From the NCBI GenBank assembly GCA_907165135.1, contig OU015566.1:13268001-13332000 (forward strand): a stretch of DNA of 64,000 bases, written 5' to 3'. Below are positions 58,201-64,000 of this stretch, piece after piece. Below the pieces are notes generated by a model that ran no database searches, had not been told where the DNA came from, and was given only the letters and a program-made list of their open reading frames with translations. Position numbers and translations under genes: made by a program. Source of the DNA: Oikopleura dioica (lineage: Eukaryota; Animalia; Chordata). Position 1 is the stretch's first letter. Each line of letters begins with the position of its first letter.

Positions 58201-61200
58201 AAAAAAAAATAATAAAAATATTCTCATTGCAATAATTATCAAAGAAATTTTTCAAAAAAAAACTTCTAACGATAGGAAGTCTGGCCGGTAATTAATTCAT
58301 TTTTCTATTCTATTGACTCACACAATATTCGTTTCAGCTCGTCATCATCCTCATCCTTCTCCGCGACAATGGTACTCCATGGACGCAAAGTTGCCCTTGG
58401 AGTTGTCGTTCTCGTTGTTGCTGTTGTTTTTGTTGTTGTTGGCACTTTTGAAGTGTTTGCCATTTGTCTTCGTCGGAGTATCTGATCGAGCAGGCTTCTT
58501 CTGTCAAAAGTCGAAGAAGGAGCTTTGAAAGACGTCGTCGTTGTCATCGTTGTTGTACTAATTGTTGTAGTTGTCGTTGAGCTTGACTGAATCATTTGCC
58601 GATGCCGCATGAGTCGCTGAAGAAGACTATCTCGTCCATCGGGAATTTGTTCTGGTTGAAGTATTTCTGGCATCGTTAGTGTTGTTGTGGATTTTGTCGT
58701 CGTTGTTGATTTTGTTGTTGTCGAAATTTTTGCGGCTGCTGTTTTTCGCCTCTGAAGCATGAGTTTCTGAAGAAAACTAGCTCTTCTGTCGACGGATTCT
58801 TCCGTAGTCGCGATCTCAGAGTATGAAGTTGAAGGCGGAATCGTTGTTCTCATTTGTTGTAATCTATTCATCCTCATTCTCTCCAATAATTCTTTTCGTT
58901 TGTCAATGTATTTCGTCGATTGGGAAAATACAGGCTTCGGAGTTGAAATAATTTCGTCCTTGTCCGGAGCAATTAATTCACTTCGAAGCGTCATTATATC
59001 TCTCACAGAGAATGTTTTTCCGCCCTTCGCGAGCTCTTTTAGTCTCTCTTTCATCCTCATTACTTCTTGAATCGACATTCTTGACGGCGGAGCTCCTGCT
59101 GGTCGAAATTCGGGAGGAAGAACTCGCACTTTACTGTTTTCTTCCATTTCAAGTCGGGCGCGAATCGAGCTTTTATGCGCCAACCCGTGCCCAAGTTTCA
59201 ACTCGATGGTTGGTTGTGTCGTCGGGATCGTTGTTGTTTTCACAGTTGTAGTTGTAGTGACTGTAGTCGTCGTCCTCGTAGTGGTCGTCCACCAGGAAGT
59301 TCTCGGAGGGCCAACATTGATATCAAGGAGGAAATCGCCTCCGCCAGAGGCTTTTTCATAAGCAGCAAGAACTCTTTGATCCCAAAAAACAGTCGCGTTT
59401 CCTATTTATTGAACTTTCAAGAAACGATCTTTTAGTAATAAAAACCCGGAAGAAATAGTTTTGTCCATATTCCTCAAATTTAAAAAAAAACAAATTTCCA
59501 GATTTTCCATATTCTGGTCGATAAAATTGCCCTGTTTTGACATAATTTTGTAAAAAAAAAATGATTTACCGGCGCAGCTTGAAGTTCCATCGCCATAATA
59601 GCCTGGGAGACATTCGCAAGCGTATGTTCCTGGATAATTGACGCAATGGCCCAAGCTGTGGCATCGTGGTCGGATGGTATCGCACTCGTTGACATCGTCA
59701 CATCGAGTTCCGTCGCCATTGAAGTCGATGAAACCGTTGGGGCAAGTGCACACGTGGCTACCAATGGTGTTTGTACAGGAAGCGTGTTCATCGCAATCGG
59801 ATTTGCCAGTGAGACACTCGTTTACGTCAGAGCAGGAGAAGCCGTCGCCAGTGTAGCCCTTTTTGCACTCGCATTTGCCCATGTTGGCGTAGTTTACACA
59901 TTCACCCATGGGACCGCATTTTGTTCCTGTTTTGGGTTAGGCTTTACGCTTTAAAATACTAGAAAGAAAGTCTCTAACCCTGAGTCCTTTGAGCAAGCAC
60001 CAATCAGTGCCAGTCGAAGCCTGAGCAAATGCACCGTCAGAATAGACATTGTAAGTTTCAGCGGCAACAACGAAGAAGTAGTCTGTGTTTCCATCAAGTC
60101 CTTCGATAATCACTTCGTTGAGGATTCCATCAACGAGAGCTGGCGATTCTGGGTACGCGTTTGGAGCATGGGGAAAGAAAGAGATTCGGTAGTGTTCTCG
60201 ATTACCGCCCGAGTGATTCCAAGTGAGCTTGACTTTATTGGCAGAAATGCTTTCTGCTTCGACGTTGTGGGGATCTTCAGGAATGGTAGCAAAAAGCATT
60301 CGCTGGGGAACAGATTCTTTCTGCCCGACCATTGAGTAAAGATTGGCTTCGTAGCGGGTTCCAGGAAGAAGATCGTCAAGTTGGAATTTGTTACTTTGAC
60401 CGGAAACGATTTCCATTTTTGCTTCGAGTTGAGTTCCGAATTTGAGTTGAATCGGCGAATCAGGATCAGCTACCGGCTTTATGAGGATTACGATCAACAG
60501 AATGTTCTTGAAAAAGTATTACACTAAAGAGCGTCAAGCGAATTCAACAGAGCATGAACAACAATCTTCTGTATTTATCGGCATTCCGGCATCTATACTA
60601 CGTATGTACAGAGGCAAAAGTTTGAGCCTTTGAAATGTTACAATCTCTTACGATGGGCCAAGGACCATGGTCGATGGCTCTATCTTGTAATCAAATTATT
60701 TTCGAATCCTGTAGAAAATTCTACTGTATTATTTTTTTTTGTTTTTGAATATTCATAGCCAGATAGTATGGATCGAAATTTATCCTTGATTCAAAAATAA
60801 TTTGCCAGTAAGAAGAAGTATTAGGGCCACCGTAAAAGATTGTAACAATTTGAAAGACTCATACTTTTATCTTGTGTACATAGTCTTTGCTCTACAACTA
60901 TCAGCTATAGAATGTATACTTTGTTACTCTGGTATATTGTCAGAAAACATGCTTTAACAAATTAGATATTTCTGTCGCACTCCCTAAAGGTTATCAGGAT
61001 AGTGTACCAGAATAAGCTATAATTTAAGGTAGTTTATACTCAATATATGAAAATACAAGATGTGCTATGTAATTTAAGAATAGAGGATAAAAATCCCTCC
61101 CTTGTATTCAATCTTGTATCGCTCTCGTTTGCCGGCTGGATGTTGCCAGAACAATTCAGCCGATGTAGCATCCATGTTTCTTGTTTCAAACTTAACCGGG

Positions 61201-63839
61201 ATCGAGGATGAGGGCAAGGATGAGCTGGCCATTCCCGTGCTTGTCAATCCTCCTCCGCCGGCAGCGTTGAAGCCGAACATATTTCTATTCTGCATCGTAT
61301 TCTGCTGTTGTCGCGCGTCAACAAGGCCATTTTCAATTTGGAAGGCAAGTTTGGCAGCTTGTCTTTCTGCTTCACGCATTTTTTCTTCCTTTGCTTCAGC
61401 GTCGTATCGTTTGGCCCAAGTAGCGATGGAAGCTTGCTGATATTGCGTGAGTTGTCCGTCCGAAACGCGGTCAGAGTAGTAAATTGGTCGTTCGCCGGGA
61501 TTCGTTGTCGCTGCGCCAGCTCCTCCAGCGAAAGGATCAGTACCGAGCCGAGAAGTCATTTGGCCGGACAAGCTTGTCGTGAGAGCTGCACCATCTCGAA
61601 GCTGGACTTCGTAAGACGAATATGGAAGAGCTTCACCAAGGGCTTGAGGGCAATTATCAGCGTAATCATTGTAGTATCCATTCCACGAAATTCCAACTTG
61701 AGGGTCAAGAGATCGATCATCAAGAGTCAATGTGTAGAGACTCGCGTCTTTGCAACTCGCTGGAATGTCGCTTGAATATTGAGAAGGCTGGAAATCAACT
61801 GAGAAGCCAATGTATCCATGTTCTTCCTGCCAGCCTATCTGCTCGAGCTCAAAGTAACCACTGTTGATATTGGAGTTGGCGAGGACGACACAAGCGTGCC
61901 AAAAGTTGATACGCTGGATGTTGCAGCCGGCTGGAACTTGAACTTGGAGACCAAACGGAGCAAGCGGCTTTGGATTCGGAAGGAAAAAGTGGCCATTCGC
62001 GCCTTGAGTCCAGGAGAGAGGACCGGAAAGAAATTCCATCGATGGTGTTGTCGATTCAGGAACGTAAACGGCTCCGGAATCGCCAAGCAGAGCAAGCTGC
62101 GTGTCTCGATCTGGGTACATAATTTCACAGGTATCGAGAAGTGCGGAAGCATCAATGGGATCGTTCCATTCGTAAAGTGAGAAAATGTAAGCATTGGCGT
62201 CCAGGCAGCTCATTTGATCAGCCTGAGGAAATTTGATTCGCAAGCCGATGAATTCCGTTCCCAAGTCGGTTCCGTTCTGGTAGAGAAGGAGATTGGCGAC
62301 ATTGTCGCCATAAACAGCTGTGGCGTTTCCGTCATTGTTGAGATCGGAGTTGACAGTGTTGATGCAAGCTTGATAAGTGAGAACTGTTTGAACATTGCAT
62401 CCTTCAGGGAAGGCGATCTGCAATTGCCACGGGTTCTCCGCTGGTGGCATGGCGTCCGGAAGCCAGATTCGCATCCAACCGACTTCTTCACCGACAGAGA
62501 CCCATTCGACCTCGAGATCGCCGGAAGTATGACCCGGTCCATCGTAATTATTGACCATCAGATCGAGGAAAGCTTGATCGATGACTTCATCGCCGCCGAG
62601 AATAATGTTCTCTGGATAAGCTGGATCTGTGCTAGGAGGAGTCCACGGAAGCTCGCCAGGGCACTTGTCTGGATCAGTTGACCACTGGAGAGTCATTCCA
62701 TCGATGTTATCCGAAGCGTGGCTGCCTCGAGCGACAAGGGTGAGTGAGTAGGCAGTTTCATCGAAGCAAGCAGCCGAGCCGCCCCAGTAATTATTCTGAT
62801 CAAAGCTCTGATCAGCTTCAAAGACAATTCCAATGTTTTGATGATCATGGTGCCATCCAACTTGGTAGACATAAAAAGTACTGTTCGACAAGCTAGAAGC
62901 GTAGGGGTCCATACAACCGTGCCAGATGTCTAGAGATTGGAGCTGACAGCCAGGAGGGAATTCGAGAAGGACTTGCCAGGCTCCAAGAGGTCGTTCGCTT
63001 GGAAGGTTGAGTTTGATCTCGCCTCCATGCCCCCACTGTCGGATAAAGTCGACAACTGGCTCCGTGATTGTATCACATCGAGTACCAAAATAGCCGTCTT
63101 GGCAGTCGCATGTAAAGGTGTAATTGGTGTAGTCGGAAATGCAGATTCCATCGTTAGCGCAAGTCTTATCGTTGCAGTAGTCGACGACATTTGTTCCGGG
63201 TGGAAACGGCCAGGAAGAGAAAAATTCAGAGAAATCCTCCGTGGGAAGAGAGATTCCGCTTGGGTACTCGTCGTAGAGTTCTCGTTCCCGAATTCCGGCA
63301 ACAGTCGCTTGGAAAAGAGCATTGGCAACGAGGGAGGGTTCATTGCGCGTGTAATCCTTTCGGTTGTCCTCCCAAAAGCCAGAAGTAGCATCTGGGCCGC
63401 CCATAATAGCTCCTTCGAGTGTGAATTCATTTGGGGTGTATTTGTCCTCAAACATGCCCCAACCACAATCTTTCCCAATAGGACACGCCGAGTCTCTGTG
63501 ATGCGGTCTCGTCGGTGGGTTGTGCCCGTAGCCGACCATGTAGCTCCGCTCACCAGCGCCAAGGACGTCGATAACGAGTTGTTTAGCAAAGTTGACGAAG
63601 TCAGTTTCAGTCTGGCCCGACACGACGTGATTGGCAGCGTAGAGGCAGATATAGGCGACACCAGAAGTTGCGCCAAAGTTGTGCCAGTCGGTCATTCGGA
63701 GAAAACCGTCGGCATTGTATTGGGTCTGGTAGTTAGTGCAGAAGTCGATGATCATTTGTACTCCAGGAGCGCTTGTATCAGAAGTCAGCAAAGCGTGGTA
63801 AACCATCACGGCAATGGTTTTATCATCAGTGGAAAATTC
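43242..63839 (-). CDS. Giant modular protein (5' truncated): GH9 glycoside hydrolase C-terminal half-EGF-3x CBM2-like repeat-2x FN3-3 EGF-Thr/Arg-rich linker-long cbEGF array with one CCP module-vWA
   Basis: GH9 signatures [30 protein letters not shown] and GAIMGGPD...[11 protein letters not shown] (63288-63839). About 40 EGF modules counted by eye, most of the DxxEC calcium-binding type. v[10 protein letters not shown]...YITIGVG at 43242-43975. An FN3 and an EGF are each split across introns and completed only by joining the exons. A few junctions are unresolved, so a single transcript is likely but unproven. Confidence 0.75.
47949..48157. mobile_element. Palindromic MITE-like element in an intron of the EGF array gene
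   Basis: Arms 47949-48017 and 48089-48157 are inverted repeats (62/69 by hand). The spacer contains the small hairpin AAGCCGC-GAA-GCGGCTT. Confidence 0.75.
50675..50930 (-). mobile_element. Possible decayed non-LTR retrotransposon reverse-transcriptase fragment
   Basis: One frame with an internal stop: [13 protein letters not shown]...[11 protein letters not shown]...[15 protein letters not shown]. It resembles, in order, the RT motifs PLLFxIYINDL, W..xLxLN and LG..D..HI..L. No YADD motif; weak. Confidence 0.35.
52171..52450. repeat. Minisatellite, about 19-nt unit TTTTGTCACGAAAAA(T/A)GA(C/T), roughly 14 copies
   Basis: Directly visible tandem array in the intron between EGF exons at 52147 and about 52770. 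Confidence 0.95.
54321..54965 (+). CDS. Possible small single-pass membrane protein gene, antisense in a 2-kb intron of the EGF array gene
   Basis: Exon 54321-54395 [25 protein letters not shown] ends at CAG|GTAAGA. A candidate last exon at about 54831-54965 is open in two frames, with AATAAA near 55071. The internal exon structure is unresolved. Confidence 0.45.
55166..55199 (-). other. G-quadruplex-forming motif
   Basis: The minus strand reads G6-TTTA-G6-AGTAAA-G6-T-G5: four long G runs with short loops in otherwise AT-rich intron sequence. Confidence 0.7.
55904..56110. mobile_element. About 207-bp element bounded by terminal inverted repeats
   Basis: Left TAGAGAGGGGTTATCATTCGAGC versus the reverse complement of the right end, TAGTAGGGGGTTATCAATCGAGC. 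G/C-run-rich interior. It fills most of the GA-AG intron 55871-56153. Confidence 0.7.
55952..56024 (+). pseudogene. tRNA-like (degenerate tRNA or SINE-head) sequence inside the TIR element
   Basis: 73 nt with A-box-like TGGGCTAGTGGTTAGG, stem-loop AAGGG-ACTGGAAA-CTCTT, T-arm GGGGG-TTCAAAGA-CCCCC (B-box-like), and imperfect acceptor pairing CTAGAATC/GGTTTAG. The loops are 1 nt too long and the D stem pairs poorly, so it is not a functional tRNA. Confidence 0.45.
56646..56795. mobile_element. 150-bp MITE-like element with about 44-bp terminal inverted repeats
   Basis: GGTGTCTGGAACCGAGAAAAAAAATTTCGACAAATTTTGCGTGG versus the reverse complement of the right arm, GGTGTCTGGAACCGACAAAAACATTTCGACAAATTTTACGTGG. 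Two CTGATTGG motifs inside. Confidence 0.8.
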
Positions 63840-64000
63840 TAAATTATTTTTTAAAAATTTCAAATTCTTGATTCATTTTTCAATTCCGAGTTCCAAATTC
63901 CGAATGCAATTAAAAGTGAACAAGGCGTGAGAGCATCGGAACACCCGTGCAAAAGGGCAAGAATGGAAATCACATTTTGCGGCGCAGATTTATTAATTTT

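Noticed and set aside
1-64000. Search by eye for rRNA, intact tRNA, SL RNA, snRNA, transposase or LTR elements
   Set aside because: Nothing convincing seen. Absence is not certain without Infernal, tRNAscan-SE or RepeatMasker.

Overview
Eukaryotic, gene-dense, AT-rich genomic DNA. Many introns are only 38-100 nt, several introns need GA, GC or GG donors, and a connexin is present. This combination points to a larvacean tunicate of the Oikopleura type (inference, no database search run). Left part (1-23 kb): a partial C-type lectin gene, a C-type lectin + PLAT gene, myosin-binding protein C, a glycine-receptor-like Cys-loop channel, a catalytically dead PLA2-fold protein, MCTP, a NEK kinase, a connexin and a carbohydrate sulfotransferase. 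Right part (23.7-64 kb): three consecutive giant extracellular modular genes, all on the minus strand. (i) A CUB-MAM-LDLa-mucin-CUB-CUB-TIL-FN3 protein, interleaved with an antisense ZIP metal transporter and hosting a small antisense membrane-protein gene. (ii) A 4xVWD/C8/TIL FCGBP/zonadhesin-like protein. (iii) A >20 kb gene running off the window end, which appears to fuse a GH9 cellulase catalytic domain to three CBM2-like repeats, two FN3 domains, a Thr/Arg-rich linker, about 40 EGF modules, a CCP module and a C-terminal vWA domain. Gene (iii) is the most striking object: a candidate matrix-tethered cellulase in an animal group that builds a cellulose house. Introns carry several palindromic MITE-like elements, a minisatellite, a tRNA-like sequence, a G-quadruplex motif and a possible decayed RT fragment. 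All gene models were spliced by eye and are unconfirmed by transcripts.
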